Source: an uncultured candidatus Porisulfidus sp.
Lineage (GTDB): Bacteria; Pseudomonadota; Gammaproteobacteria; Poriferisulfidales; Poriferisulfidaceae
Length of the DNA stretch: 64,000 nucleotides
Assembly (NCBI GenBank): GCA_965204575.1
Contig: OZ241993.1
Coordinates: 224,001 to 288,000 of the forward strand
Direction of reading: 5' to 3'
The position numbers were made by a program, and so were the translations under genes. Below the pieces are notes generated by a model. It saw nothing but the letters and a program-made list of their open reading frames with translations, did not search any database and was not told the DNA's origin. Positions 27,797 through 37,545 of the stretch are shown here, in pieces (within the stretch, counting starts at the first letter, position 1; every line of letters starts with the position of its first letter).

Positions 27797-30283
27797 TTAC
27801 GTTCCGCGATCCTGCGGGCCCTTCGGCAGCACCGGTGCCGCACGCGCCCAATCTTCCGGCGCAAATGCATCCACCGCGATGATTTCGTCCACCCGGCGCT
27901 CAACCTGTCGCAACTGCTCCACCTGCTCGGCGGTTACGATCCCGGCCTCTATTGCCTGATCCAGATCGACACCGCTTTCACCAACCTCGACCTTTCCTTC
28001 CTTCACTGCGCGACGCAGCGCACGCCGGACTGGCTCCAGTTCTTTCGTTTCAATCAAGCCCTGCTCCAGCCGGATGGACGGATCATCCGGCCCCCCGCCC
28101 AGGAAAATCCCCTCGCACAGGCGGTCGCGTTCCGGCTCCGGCGCCGAGATCAGTTGGGCAACCGCGCTGTCTGCCGTGTCGGTTCGGAACTGGCCCATGC
28201 GCCCCAGCGGCAGGGTGGAAGCACGCAGCAGGGCACGCAGCCAGAAGCTATCAAGGTTGCGAATCAATTCATCCAGTGCCGTCAGGAAGTGCTGCCGACA
28301 TTCCATCAGCGCCCAGTCGCGAAGTAAAACCTCTTCCGAGCGACTGCCTCGCCCCCGAAAACGGCGGATCACGCAAACGGCCATGTACTGGGCGGAAAAC
28401 ATGTCCGCCAGACGCGCCGACAGGCGTTCGCGGCGTTTGAGCGTCCCTCCGTAGCGGAGCAGCAGAACATCGACCACCCAGGCAAAACACGCGCTCTGCC
28501 AGACCAGAAATCGGTACGGAGCCAAAGGCGCGTCCGGGAGCGGATAACGCCCGCCGCTGAGCCCCAGCACGAATGCGCGGGCGGCGCTGCGGAAAGTGGT
28601 TTCCACATGCTGGTGCAGGATCTGATCGAACGCTTCCAGCGTCTCGTCTCCTTCTTCCATCTGCAGGCACTCCATTTCCCGCAGCAAATGGGGATGGCAA
28701 CGCACCAGGCCCTGCCCGAAGATGATCATGTTGCGCGTCAGCAGGTTGGCGCCTTCCACCGTGATCGCGATCGGCACCGCCTGGTAGAGGCGGGCCACCT
28801 GGTTGCGTGGGCCTATACAGATGGCCGCACCAGCACTAATGTCCATGGCACCGTTGACGACCTGCCGCATGCGCTCGGTCAGTTGCTGTTTGGCAATCGC
28901 CGAGGCGACCGAGGAACATTCCCCGCGATCTTCCTGGTGCGCGATCTCGGTTCGCACGGCATCCATCAGGTGTGTATTGCCGCCAATTCTCCCGAGCACT
29001 TCCTCGACCCCTTCAAAGCGCGCAATCGGCAGCGAGAACTGGCGCCGCACGGCGGCATAGGCGCCCGTATGGCGAGTCGCGAGCTTGCCGGCCGCCACAG
29101 CCAGGGCGGGAAGCGAAATACCCCGGCCCTCGCCCAGGCATTCCATCAGCATCTGCCAACCGCGTCCGACTCCCTCACGTCCGCCGACGACCTGATCCAT
29201 CGGGATGAGTACGTCGCGCCCGAGAATCGGTCCGTTCATAAACGGAACCTGCAGGGGCATGTGCCGTCGCCCGATCTCGACCCCCGGCGCGTCCGCCGGC
29301 ACCAGTGCCAGCGTGATCCCCCGGTCGGGCGGCCCTCCCAGCAGGCCGTCCGGGTCGTGCAGGCGGAAAGCCAGACCGATCAGCGTCGCGATCGGCGCCA
29401 GGGTGATGTAGCGTTTCTCCCAGTTGAGGCGAATGCCCAGAACGGTGTCTCCATTCTCCTCCCACTGGCAGACCACGCCGGCGTCCTGGAGGGACGCCGC
29501 GTCCGACCCGGCGCGTGGCCCGGTCAGGCCGAAGCAGGGTGTCTCCTCCCCTCGGGCAAGCCGGGGAAGGTAATGATCCTTCTGTTCCTGCGTGCCGTAG
29601 CGCAGCAGGAGTTTGCCCGGGCCGAGCGAGTTGGGAACCATGACCGTGACCGCGGCCGTGACGCTGCGGCTGGCGATCTTCATGACCACTTCGGAGTGGG
29701 CAAGTGCCGAGAAACCCAGGCCACCGTATTGTTCCGGCAGCACCATTCCGAAAAACTTCTCCTCCCGAATCAATTGCCAGGCTTCCGGCGAGAGGTCGTA
29801 GTCGGCTGTCGTGATGCGCCAATCGTCCAGCAGCGCACACAGGCGCTCCACGGGCCCTTCAAGAAACTCCCGTTCCGCCTTGGTGAGCTTCGCAGGCTCG
29901 CCTTGCAGGACCTTCTCCCAGTCGGGGGAACCGGTGAACAGCGCCTCCTCCCAGCCCGCAACGCCCGCCTGCAGGGCTTCGCGCTCGGTGTCGGACAGGG
30001 GCGGCAAGGCCTTTCGCAACCGGTGCCAGGCTGGCTGGACGATGACGGATTGCCGCCAGCCCCGATGGACCCACATCAACACCGGCACCCCCCACGCCGC
30101 CACCACCAGAATCGCCCACCAGAACGGCGGCACGAACGTCAGCATCCACAGCAGCAGCGCCAACCCCGCCGCGGCCAGCCAGACCCAGAAATTCGCGGCA
30201 TGAACCGTAATCAGCGCCCAGCCGACGATCAGCAGGAAGAGCCCGGCCAACTGGCAGAAAACCGCGCCTAGAAACCCACCCAT
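27797..30283 (-). CDS. fadE: Acyl-CoA dehydrogenase FadE
   Basis: N-terminal TM segments, MVPNSLGPG, AGSDA, KRYITLAP, ITVEGANLLTR. Confidence 0.93.
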   Translation of the reverse strand: MGGFLGAVFCQLAGLFLLIVGWALITVHAANFWVWLAAAGLALLLWMLTFVPPFWWAILVVAAWGVPVLMWVHRGWRQSVIVQPAWHRLRKALPPLSDTEREALQAGVAGWEEALFTGSPDWEKVLQGEPAKLTKAEREFLEGPVERLCALLDDWRITTADYDLSPEAWQLIREEKFFGMVLPEQYGGLGFSALAHSEVVMKIASRSVTAAVTVMVPNSLGPGKLLLRYGTQEQKDHYLPRLARGEETPCFGLTGPRAGSDAASLQDAGVVCQWEENGDTVLGIRLNWEKRYITLAPIATLIGLAFRLHDPDGLLGGPPDRGITLALVPADAPGVEIGRRHMPLQVPFMNGPILGRDVLIPMDQVVGGREGVGRGWQMLMECLGEGRGISLPALAVAAGKLATRHTGAYAAVRRQFSLPIARFEGVEEVLGRIGGNTHLMDAVRTEIAHQEDRGECSSVASAIAKQQLTERMRQVVNGAMDISAGAAICIGPRNQVARLYQAVPIAITVEGANLLTRNMIIFGQGLVRCHPHLLREMECLQMEEGDETLEAFDQILHQHVETTFRSAARAFVLGLSGGRYPLPDAPLAPYRFLVWQSACFAWVVDVLLLRYGGTLKRRERLSARLADMFSAQYMAVCVIRRFRGRGSRSEEVLLRDWALMECRQHFLTALDELIRNLDSFWLRALLRASTLPLGRMGQFRTDTADSAVAQLISAPEPERDRLCEGIFLGGGPDDPSIRLEQGLIETKELEPVRRALRRAVKEGKVEVGESGVDLDQAIEAGIVTAEQVEQLRQVERRVDEIIAVDAFAPEDWARAAPVLPKGPQDRGT

Positions 30284-31303
30284 CTAGGCCCTCCTCCCGT
30301 CATCATCAGGTTGGTCTTGCACATCCTCAAATTCTTCGGATTCCGGATGATCCAGTTTGACATGCATGATATTGCAATCTTCGAGACTCTCCTGGGCCTC
30401 TTCGGCCAGACCTTCCTCCGACCACGGCAGTTTCCGGTAGAACCCGATGTCGTCCCGGCCGAGCAGCGGGTACTTGATAACCGAGAAATACGGGGAATGA
30501 TCGAAGTCGCGCGGCGTAATCAGGCGCGGGTTGCGCTGCACCATGCGGAACTGCCCCTCGCTCTCGACGACCAGCGGGACGACCGGGAAGCGGACCCGGC
30601 TGAACGCCCGGGCGATCATGGTCGAGCAGATCAGCCGGGTCGGATCCTGATAGTTGTGTTCGAACAGGGACGAGTGCCAGCGGCGCGGGACCACCGCCCA
30701 CCACGGCACCAGGAAGCGCGCAAGGTCCAGGATCTGCCGGACGTTGTAGCCCGCCCCCAGATGCAGCAGCGCATAGGTCGTGACGCGCCGGGCATCGGTA
30801 TGGCTCAGTCCTTGCGGCCGGCATAAGCGAAGATGGTGGTCGCGGTAGCGCAGGATCGAAGAAACGGTGGTACCGCAACCCAGCTCCGACTCGACAATCA
30901 GCGGCGCATCCAACTCGTCGTCCCGGAGGTAACCGCGTGCAACCGCCCGCAGGGCCGGGTCCCGGATCATGTCCAGGGTGCCGATGACCAATGCCGAATG
31001 CGTCCAGATACTCTGCGTGATGGCCCGCACCGCATGCGCCACCCGGGTGCGCCCTTCGACCAACAGCACATCGCCCATGCGCACTTCGGCCAACAGATGC
31101 TCGAAGTTGATCGGCGAGAGGACGGCTATTTTCTTCTTCTCGACCAGCAACCACGCGGTGGCCCGTTGTTCCAGCCATTCCACCATTCGCCGCCAGAGCA
31201 CCAGCACCCGGCAGGCATAGACCCGGCCCCGATCTGTCCAACGCCCCGCAGCCCGCCGCCAAACCGCCGGGTCCGAAAGACGCAGAGAAGAAATCAAGCG
31301 CAT
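30284..31303 (-). CDS. Permuted papain-like NlpC/P60 (YiiX/YebB-like) protein; start probably internal
   Basis: GDVLLVEG, WTHSAL, LICST, ITPRDF. Confidence 0.75.
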   Translation of the reverse strand: MRLISSLRLSDPAVWRRAAGRWTDRGRVYACRVLVLWRRMVEWLEQRATAWLLVEKKKIAVLSPINFEHLLAEVRMGDVLLVEGRTRVAHAVRAITQSIWTHSALVIGTLDMIRDPALRAVARGYLRDDELDAPLIVESELGCGTTVSSILRYRDHHLRLCRPQGLSHTDARRVTTYALLHLGAGYNVRQILDLARFLVPWWAVVPRRWHSSLFEHNYQDPTRLICSTMIARAFSRVRFPVVPLVVESEGQFRMVQRNPRLITPRDFDHSPYFSVIKYPLLGRDDIGFYRKLPWSEEGLAEEAQESLEDCNIMHVKLDHPESEEFEDVQDQPDDDGRRA

Positions 31304-31333
31304 CCGACTATTCTAGTCGGCGCACCCATTCCA

Positions 31334-31918
31334 CTAGGCGAAAACGATCCAAGTGGTCGCCAAGTATTTGACGCCCTGCTCCAGGGTGACGCCCCGGTGC
31401 TGGTGGGTCCAGAACGGCGGGAACAGAACCAGCCGCCCGGCCGCCGGCTGGATCTTCACGCCCTGGTGCAGGAACTCGGTCTCGCCGCCCGGTCCCGCCA
31501 CGTCGTTGAGATACCAGATCGCGACCAGTTGCCGATCCGCCAAGGCCGGGCTGTCCGCGTCCACGTGCCAGTGGTAGTACTCGCCCTCGTCGGTACGCTG
31601 CACGGCATAGCCTTGGTCCTTGAACCGTCCGCGAAAATACGGGTAGTGTCGCTGCAGCTCCCGCAGCGCGGCCGACAAGGACGTGAACAGCCAGCGGTCG
31701 ACATCTTGCCACTCCGGCCCGGCCAGAGTCAGGTCGGTCGAGCGCTTGAGCTCAAGCCGCTCGCCCACATCCGCGCCGGTGCGCCCGGGCCTCTTGCCCG
31801 GATGCGCCTCGAATTGCTCGATAATGGCCTGACACTGCGCCTGCGTCAGGACGCCGTCCTGCTGCCAGATGAAACTGCCGGGGAGAACCTCGTGCAGCTC
31901 AGACAGGGATGTGCTCAC
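31334..31918 (-). CDS. 2OG-Fe(II) oxygenase
   Basis: YHWHVD, WYLNDV, GGETEF, FPPFWTHQHRG, KY. Confidence 0.88.
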   Translation of the reverse strand: MSTSLSELHEVLPGSFIWQQDGVLTQAQCQAIIEQFEAHPGKRPGRTGADVGERLELKRSTDLTLAGPEWQDVDRWLFTSLSAALRELQRHYPYFRGRFKDQGYAVQRTDEGEYYHWHVDADSPALADRQLVAIWYLNDVAGPGGETEFLHQGVKIQPAAGRLVLFPPFWTHQHRGVTLEQGVKYLATTWIVFA

Positions 31919-32952
31919 AACGTCGACGCTTCAAGTACGCTTGTTATTTTTTGTGCAGGATCTTCGGTTCGGTTGCCGACACGCAGCAATCGCTTGGCAG
32001 TTTTCTCCCAATGCTCGCGGCCCCGGTCGACCGTCTTGAGCAAAACGCGTTCATCGCGCCCCTCCCGCCAGCGATCCAGGGCCTCCACCAGATCCGGGAA
32101 CAACTGCCGGCGCATGGCCGTCAGGCTGGCCCGGTAGAACAGCAACGCGGCCCGGTTGCCCTCCTCCAGCAGAGCCGGCAGCGTCACCTGGCAGTCGGCC
32201 CAGTGGTCGCGCACTGCGCGCAGGCCGAGTTCCGCCGCCCCGCGGGGCAAGGCGTGCAGCAAGTCGTGCCAACCCTCACCCAACTCCCGGCCCACCTCGA
32301 TTTCGCCGATTTCATGCAGGATCACGGTCTTCGCCTCGCATTCCGTCATCGCATCCAGTGCCGATTCCAGGTCCTCATCGAAGGGGTAGCAGCGCAGGGC
32401 CTCGCCCAGCACATTGTCCCGCCGGTTCCAGCGCCACTCCTGCAGGCGCTCCCACAGCATGCGGCGCAAGGACTCCCGGCGCACGAAAATAGTCTGGCCC
32501 AAGGCCATCGCCGGCGGCGCGGTCAAGTCTCGCGCGCACTCTTCCCGGGCTTCATAGATCCGATAATCCCCCCGACCCTGCTCGCCCAGCAACCGGCCCA
32601 GGAAAAAGTGCGGCACCTTGTGCAGCCCCAGGCCTGCGCTGTACACGTAACCTTCCGGCAACAGCGCCCGGTTGATGCCTTCGGTGTCGAACGGGTCGTA
32701 GGTCCGCCCCTGGATCGACACGGGTCGATACGATTCTTCTCCCAGTTCTTCCCAGCGCTCCTCCCGCTCCTGGATCCAGCGGCCCACCGCTTCGTTCGGC
32801 AGGGTCGCCGTGAAATCCAGGCCCATCTCCCAGCGAAAGTATTCGCGCATCTTGAGCAGGTACACGCACATGGTCAGGGCTCCCGCATGGCGGGCATCGG
32901 CAATGTCGCAGTTGGCCTGGACGCGCTCGCACAAGGGTTCGATCGGCGGCAT
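31915..32952 (-). CDS. Sfum_1244-like conserved protein
   Basis: VQANCDIADARHAG...YLLKMREYFRWE, ILHEIGE (HExxE). Confidence 0.75.
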   Translation of the reverse strand: MPPIEPLCERVQANCDIADARHAGALTMCVYLLKMREYFRWEMGLDFTATLPNEAVGRWIQEREERWEELGEESYRPVSIQGRTYDPFDTEGINRALLPEGYVYSAGLGLHKVPHFFLGRLLGEQGRGDYRIYEAREECARDLTAPPAMALGQTIFVRRESLRRMLWERLQEWRWNRRDNVLGEALRCYPFDEDLESALDAMTECEAKTVILHEIGEIEVGRELGEGWHDLLHALPRGAAELGLRAVRDHWADCQVTLPALLEEGNRAALLFYRASLTAMRRQLFPDLVEALDRWREGRDERVLLKTVDRGREHWEKTAKRLLRVGNRTEDPAQKITSVLEASTL

Positions 32953-32975
32953 GGTGTTGTCCTTCCTACCGTCGT

Positions 32976-33233
32976 CTAAAAATGTCGTGTTGCCAGTTTG
33001 GCTGCCATTTCCTGCTCGAACCGACGACTGTCGAACGGCTGCGGGTCGCCGCTTTCCTCGCCTTCGATCAATGCGGCACGGATCGCCTCAATGTCAGTCT
33101 GGCTTGCCTGATCGTGGCGGATCGGATCGCGGACATATTCGCTGTCATTGGCAGATTGTCCAGCTGTGACTTTCGCCTTGATCCGATTGTCTCGCTGTTC
33201 GGTAACGGTGATGGTTTTACGGGTTGTGCCCAT
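32976..33233 (-). CDS. Orphan ParD-like antitoxin, possibly decaying
   Basis: RKTITVT...NDSEYVRDPIR...IRAALIEGEESG; no toxin downstream. Confidence 0.7.
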   Translation of the reverse strand: MGTTRKTITVTEQRDNRIKAKVTAGQSANDSEYVRDPIRHDQASQTDIEAIRAALIEGEESGDPQPFDSRRFEQEMAAKLATRHF

Positions 33234-33308
33234 GAGAACAGCCTCCAAGGAGTTACAAAAATACCATACTATCTGCAATTCCCTTAGAATTTCTGCCAGA
33301 GTCCCGCC

Positions 33309-33869
33309 ATGCCCCGCCTTTCCCGACACTGGAACCAGCGCGAAACGCCGCGAAGCGCAGACCAGACGGCCAGCGCCCTGTCGGTCAATATCTGGCGGCT
33401 TGCCAGCGATGCTCTGCTGGCGCTTGAGAACGAGGGATTCGAAACCGCCGACTGGTCGCAGCGATTGGACGTCATTGCGCAGTTTGCGATTTTCGGCGTG
33501 CACTTGGTCGACCGCGAAACCCAGTCACGATTGCCCGACGAAGAGCGCGCCCGGCTGATTTCCTCGCTGGCCCGGCACTTGGCCGCGCTGATGCAGGACA
33601 ACCGGTTGGAATGCGACGGCCCGGGAGAGCATGCGACCCGCTTCATCGAACAACTCGATGCGCAAGCCGAAACCTACGCCGGCTGTCAGTGGTCCGAAGA
33701 AGAGGGCCCTGGATTCGCGCTATGCCGGGAACTCGGCAATGCGGTGGCCAGCAGCATGGGAGAAAAGGACCAGGAATGGATCGCCACTTACGTCATCGAC
33801 CGCGAGGCGCCGAAGTTCGCGACTGCGCTGCGGCGGACTCTCCGAGGCTTGGTCGCGGGGAAACCATGA
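33309..33869 (+). CDS. Conserved hypothetical protein
   Basis: 186-aa ORF with core-like codon usage (NIWRLA...LENEGF...HLVDR...EGPGF). Confidence 0.7.
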   Translation: MPRLSRHWNQRETPRSADQTASALSVNIWRLASDALLALENEGFETADWSQRLDVIAQFAIFGVHLVDRETQSRLPDEERARLISSLARHLAALMQDNRLECDGPGEHATRFIEQLDAQAETYAGCQWSEEEGPGFALCRELGNAVASSMGEKDQEWIATYVIDREAPKFATALRRTLRGLVAGKP

Positions 33870-33914
33870 CCGCGGCGGCGAGGGCGGCGTGCGCCCCGTG
33901 GGATTCAGGATGCC

Positions 33915-34226
33915 TTACAGAAGCCTGCGGTAGTCGCAGTCCAGGATCTCCGCCAGTTTCCTGGCGTTCGATTTTCCCAATGCCCGCTTGTTGTTTTCGA
34001 TTTCGGACAGATGGTGCTGGAGAATGTCGGTCCGACTGCCCAATTCTTCCTGCGTCAAATCCGCCCGCTGGCGGAACAGGCGCAAATAGTATCCGGAGGT
34101 CTGATAGTAATCGCCATGCCTCTGCTTGGCTTCGTCATGGACAACTTTCGCCGGAACCCGGTTTTCCACAGGCATCCGGTTTTCTGCCCGATACAAGCCC
34201 AAGGTTGAACGAATCATTTTTCCCAT
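33915..34226 (-). CDS. XRE-family HTH protein (HigA-like)
   Basis: LRLFRQRADLTQEELG...HLSEIENNKR...ARKLAEIL. Confidence 0.75.
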   Translation of the reverse strand: MGKMIRSTLGLYRAENRMPVENRVPAKVVHDEAKQRHGDYYQTSGYYLRLFRQRADLTQEELGSRTDILQHHLSEIENNKRALGKSNARKLAEILDCDYRRLL

Positions 34227-34353
34227 GGAAGTCGTTGTCTTTCACTAAGCTTTACCAGCATTAGCAAGGAGCGAGATTATACTCATGTCTAACCTTGATT
34301 TACGTCCCCCATTATATTACATACCTTACATATTTTACATGTTGGGAGGTTTC

Positions 34354-34956
34354 ATGTATGCTCTACATCCCAACAAGACAAAGGGCAGAAAAATGGGCAA
34401 GTCCATCCTATCGACGGAGCCGATGACGGATCTCCTTTCAGAGCAGTTTCCGCCCTTGTCAAGCAGTGCGGAGAACTTTCTCCGCCAGCGCCCCCGGGAT
34501 GCGCGCATGGCAGTGGCCGTGGCTCTAGAGGCCGCCGCTCTTCAATGTGAAGCACGCGCCAATGAAGCTCTTGAAAAAATGGTCGAAGGGCTTAGGCCGC
34601 TCATCGTTCACCGACCAGAGAACCAAGAAATGCTCGGCGTTTCGGCAGCAGCAGCCCGACTGAAGGTGTCGCGCCCGACAATCTATGACTGGGTGGCGAA
34701 GAAAATATTGCTTGCATGGAAATCGACCAAACGCGGATTGACGATTCCTGCCGCACAGATCCTTGCTCCCGGCAAAGTCGTCCCGGGAATCGACAAGGTC
34801 CTAGGAATCATCGAAGACCCCGAACTTGCCTGGGCGTTCCTTTCCCGGGAATGGCCGTTTGCTGGAGAGCCCAAAACACCTCTGGAAAAACTAGCGGCTG
34901 ACCAAGTTGAGGAGGTTTTGGCTGCGGCACCCAGCTTCGGCACGACTTATACGTGA
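34354..34956 (+). CDS. Excisionase-type HTH plus Xre/MbcA-like antitoxin domain protein
   Basis: MLGVSAAAARLKVSRPTIYDWV; C-terminal AWAFLS...TPLEKL; start uncertain. Confidence 0.65.
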   Translation: MYALHPNKTKGRKMGKSILSTEPMTDLLSEQFPPLSSSAENFLRQRPRDARMAVAVALEAAALQCEARANEALEKMVEGLRPLIVHRPENQEMLGVSAAAARLKVSRPTIYDWVAKKILLAWKSTKRGLTIPAAQILAPGKVVPGIDKVLGIIEDPELAWAFLSREWPFAGEPKTPLEKLAADQVEEVLAAAPSFGTTYT

Positions 34957-35255
34957 GCCGACTCTTGATGAACCGACCGGTCACCAAAATACGCAAAGAC
35001 CCGGAGCCCACAACTCCCCGTTCTTCCAATGGCGGCAGCGAGGATGGTAAACTCGAAAGTAGAGTTACGGCCTTGGAGATCCAAATGCGATACCTTGCAA
35101 CAAGAGAGGAAGTCAGGGAAATCGTGAATGAGTGTCTGGCTCCCATCAAGGAGCACTATGCCACCAAGACCTGGATTCTGGTCGGCTTCGTTCTGACCAT
35201 TGCATTTGTGATCGGGACAGGAGTCACCGTCGCGAGCATGCTGACGAACCAATAG
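34953..35255 (+). CDS. Small coiled-coil protein with C-terminal TM helix
   Basis: LESRVTALE...YLATREEV...YATKTWILVGFV; 4-bp overlap with previous gene. Confidence 0.55.
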   Translation: MSRLLMNRPVTKIRKDPEPTTPRSSNGGSEDGKLESRVTALEIQMRYLATREEVREIVNECLAPIKEHYATKTWILVGFVLTIAFVIGTGVTVASMLTNQ

Positions 35256-35367
35256 CGCCTGCCTCAATTACCGTCAAGGACCAAGTACTCCTTTTCTAGG
35301 GTGCAAGCGGGAAACTCCTAGATCCAAAGCGCGAGCGACTGCACACGGGGCCGAGACCCTAACAGAA

Positions 35368-35559
35368 CTACGTCCAGTTCTCGAAATTACCGGTTTCCTT
35401 TTCCTGACCGTCCTCAAACCCGGCCTGGTAGGCATCAGTAATTCGCTGCTCTTCCCGCGTCGGGTGGCCCAGGTAGCCGCCTTGCCAGCCAAGAACATAC
35501 TCGGGGTCGACCCCCAGTTCCTCCATGCGGGTGACCGCGTCTCGATAGGTTTGATCCAT
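35368..35559 (-). CDS. Alvin_2107-like sulfur-globule oxidation associated protein
   Basis: YRDAVTRMEELGVDPEYVLGWQGGYLGHPTREEQRITDAYQAGFEDG matches the family pattern as I recall it. Confidence 0.75.
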   Translation of the reverse strand: MDQTYRDAVTRMEELGVDPEYVLGWQGGYLGHPTREEQRITDAYQAGFEDGQEKETGNFENWT

Positions 35560-35780
35560 TGTTAGATGTCGTCGGTTCCTTCGCGGGGCGCCATTTTAAC
35601 ATCATGCGCCCCCGGCTGATCCAGTGTTTGGGGGCCGGTCTGGAAATCAACCGCAATCGCGAAACAGGGTCCCGCAGGCCGAAACCTTCTCCGTATGGCC
35701 TGCATCGAATCTGCGCACAGGCTCGTTTGGGGCGCCTGTTCTAAAATTAACCGTTTGACGCCAGCAAACCTTGCGATCCG

Positions 35781-36104
35781 ATGTCCCGCTTCCGCTCCCT
35801 CATTTCGAATTACCTGTCCCAGGTCGTCCTGCTGACCGTGGGAGTGATGCTGGCGGCCCTGTACCTGATCCAGTTCAGCGATCCGCCCTATCCCGCACTG
35901 GTGCCGGTTGCGTTCTGGTTTTTCTACTTGGCCTACCTGAGCCTGTTCTGGCTCTTGCGGCTTCTCAGCGGCGGGGCCTCGGTCTGGCAGCAGTCCATGG
36001 CGATCGGCACCGCCGCCGCGCTCACCATTGCCCTCTACCTGGCCGGACACGTCGGCGAACAGCAGCGTGAGATCGACCTGCAGGAACGCAGCCTGAGCGA
36101 CTGA
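35781..36104 (+). CDS. Small three-TM membrane protein
   Basis: Three hydrophobic stretches; ends 2 bp before cysS. Confidence 0.6.
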   Translation: MSRFRSLISNYLSQVVLLTVGVMLAALYLIQFSDPPYPALVPVAFWFFYLAYLSLFWLLRLLSGGASVWQQSMAIGTAAALTIALYLAGHVGEQQREIDLQERSLSD

Positions 36105-36106
36105 CC

Positions 36107-37480
36107 ATGCTCCACCTGCACGACACCGCAACCCGCAGGAAGGTTGCCTTCGCCCCGCTCGACCCGGAGCGCGTCACCTTGTACGTCTGCGGCCCCACCG
36201 TCTACGACCACATCCATATCGGCAACGCCCGCCCGCTGGTCGTGTTCGACGTGCTGGTCCGCGTGTTGCGATCCCTCTATCCCCAGGTCATCTATGCCCG
36301 CAACCTGACCGACATCGACGACAAGATCCTGGATCGGGCCGAACAGGAGAATTGCCCGTACGACGAACTGACCGCCCGCTACATCGAGGCATTCCACGAG
36401 GTGTGCGCCGCTCTCGGAGGCCTAGAGATCGACCTGGAGCCGCGTGCAACCGAAACCATCCCGGCCATGCTGGAGATGATCCAGACCCTGTTGGATTCGG
36501 ATCACGCCTATGAAGCGGACGGACACATCCTGTTCGCGGTGGACAGTTTCGACGGGTACGGCGAACTGTCCGGGCGGCGGGTGGAGGAAATGCACCCCGG
36601 GGCCCGGGTAGAAGTAGCCGAATACAAGCGCAATCCGGCGGATTTCGTGCTGTGGAAGCCTTCAACGCCGAAACAACCGGGCTGGGACAGCCCGTTCGGG
36701 CGGGGCCGGCCAGGCTGGCACCTGGAGTGCTCGTGCATGATCGCGCATCATCTCGGCCCGACCATCGACATCCACGGCGGCGGTCAGGACCTGGTGTTCC
36801 CGCACCACGAGAACGAGCGCGCGCAGAGTTGTTGCGCTCATCCCGGCGAGTCGTTCGTCCGGCTGTGGATGCATAACGGCTATGTCACGGTCGACGGCGA
36901 AAAAATGTCCAAGTCCATCGGCAATGTGCGCCAAGTCCGGGAGCTTCTCGATCACCATCCGGGCGAACTGCTGCGCCTCGCCCTGCTGCACGCGCATTAC
37001 CGCAAGCCGCTGGACTGGACGGATGACCTGCTCCTTCAGGCGCGTCAGATCCTGGACCGGCTGTACCGGGCCTGGCAGGATGCGGGAAGCCCGGAACCCG
37101 ACGAAACCGAGCCGGATGCGGAATTCCTGCAGGCCCTGCTTGACGACCTCAATACCCCGCTGGCCCTGCAGCACCTGCGGCACGAGGCGGCGGCCCTGGC
37201 CCATCTGCAGGGAACGCAGCGCACGGAGGCCGCCCGGCGGCTGTGCGCCGGCGCCCGGATGCTCGGCCTGTTCGGATCCGCGGCCGAAGACTGGTTCCAT
37301 GCCGGCGCGACGGCCGAGAGCCTGGACGATGCCGAGATCGAAGCCCTACTGGCCGAGCGGCAAGCCGCACGGGAAAACGGGGATTACGCGGCGGCCGACC
37401 GCATCCGCGATCAGCTGTTGGAGGCTGGAATCGCGGTGGAGGACCTAGCGGACGGCAGCCACTGGCGGCGGGTACGGTAG
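36107..37480 (+). CDS. cysS: Cysteine-tRNA ligase
   Basis: CGPTVY, HIGN, GRPGWHLEC, FPHHENE, KMSKS. Confidence 0.98.
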   Translation: MLHLHDTATRRKVAFAPLDPERVTLYVCGPTVYDHIHIGNARPLVVFDVLVRVLRSLYPQVIYARNLTDIDDKILDRAEQENCPYDELTARYIEAFHEVCAALGGLEIDLEPRATETIPAMLEMIQTLLDSDHAYEADGHILFAVDSFDGYGELSGRRVEEMHPGARVEVAEYKRNPADFVLWKPSTPKQPGWDSPFGRGRPGWHLECSCMIAHHLGPTIDIHGGGQDLVFPHHENERAQSCCAHPGESFVRLWMHNGYVTVDGEKMSKSIGNVRQVRELLDHHPGELLRLALLHAHYRKPLDWTDDLLLQARQILDRLYRAWQDAGSPEPDETEPDAEFLQALLDDLNTPLALQHLRHEAAALAHLQGTQRTEAARRLCAGARMLGLFGSAAEDWFHAGATAESLDDAEIEALLAERQAARENGDYAAADRIRDQLLEAGIAVEDLADGSHWRRVR

Positions 37481-37545
37481 ACTGTGCGAATCAAACACTT
37501 CTCTTTGCAAAATGTCTTCGGGAGTTATGCAGACTTGATACAGCC

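Noticed and set aside
33249-33283. GGAGTTACA...TGCAATTCC resembling the tnpB element TIRs (possible MITE)
   Set aside because: Only about 35 bp, no flanking duplication, and positioned as an operator in the antitoxin promoter
37243-37545. N-terminally extended TnpB (512-aa ORF in the track)
   Set aside because: The extension overlaps cysS and crosses the TSD/TIR boundary; the real start is ATG 37546
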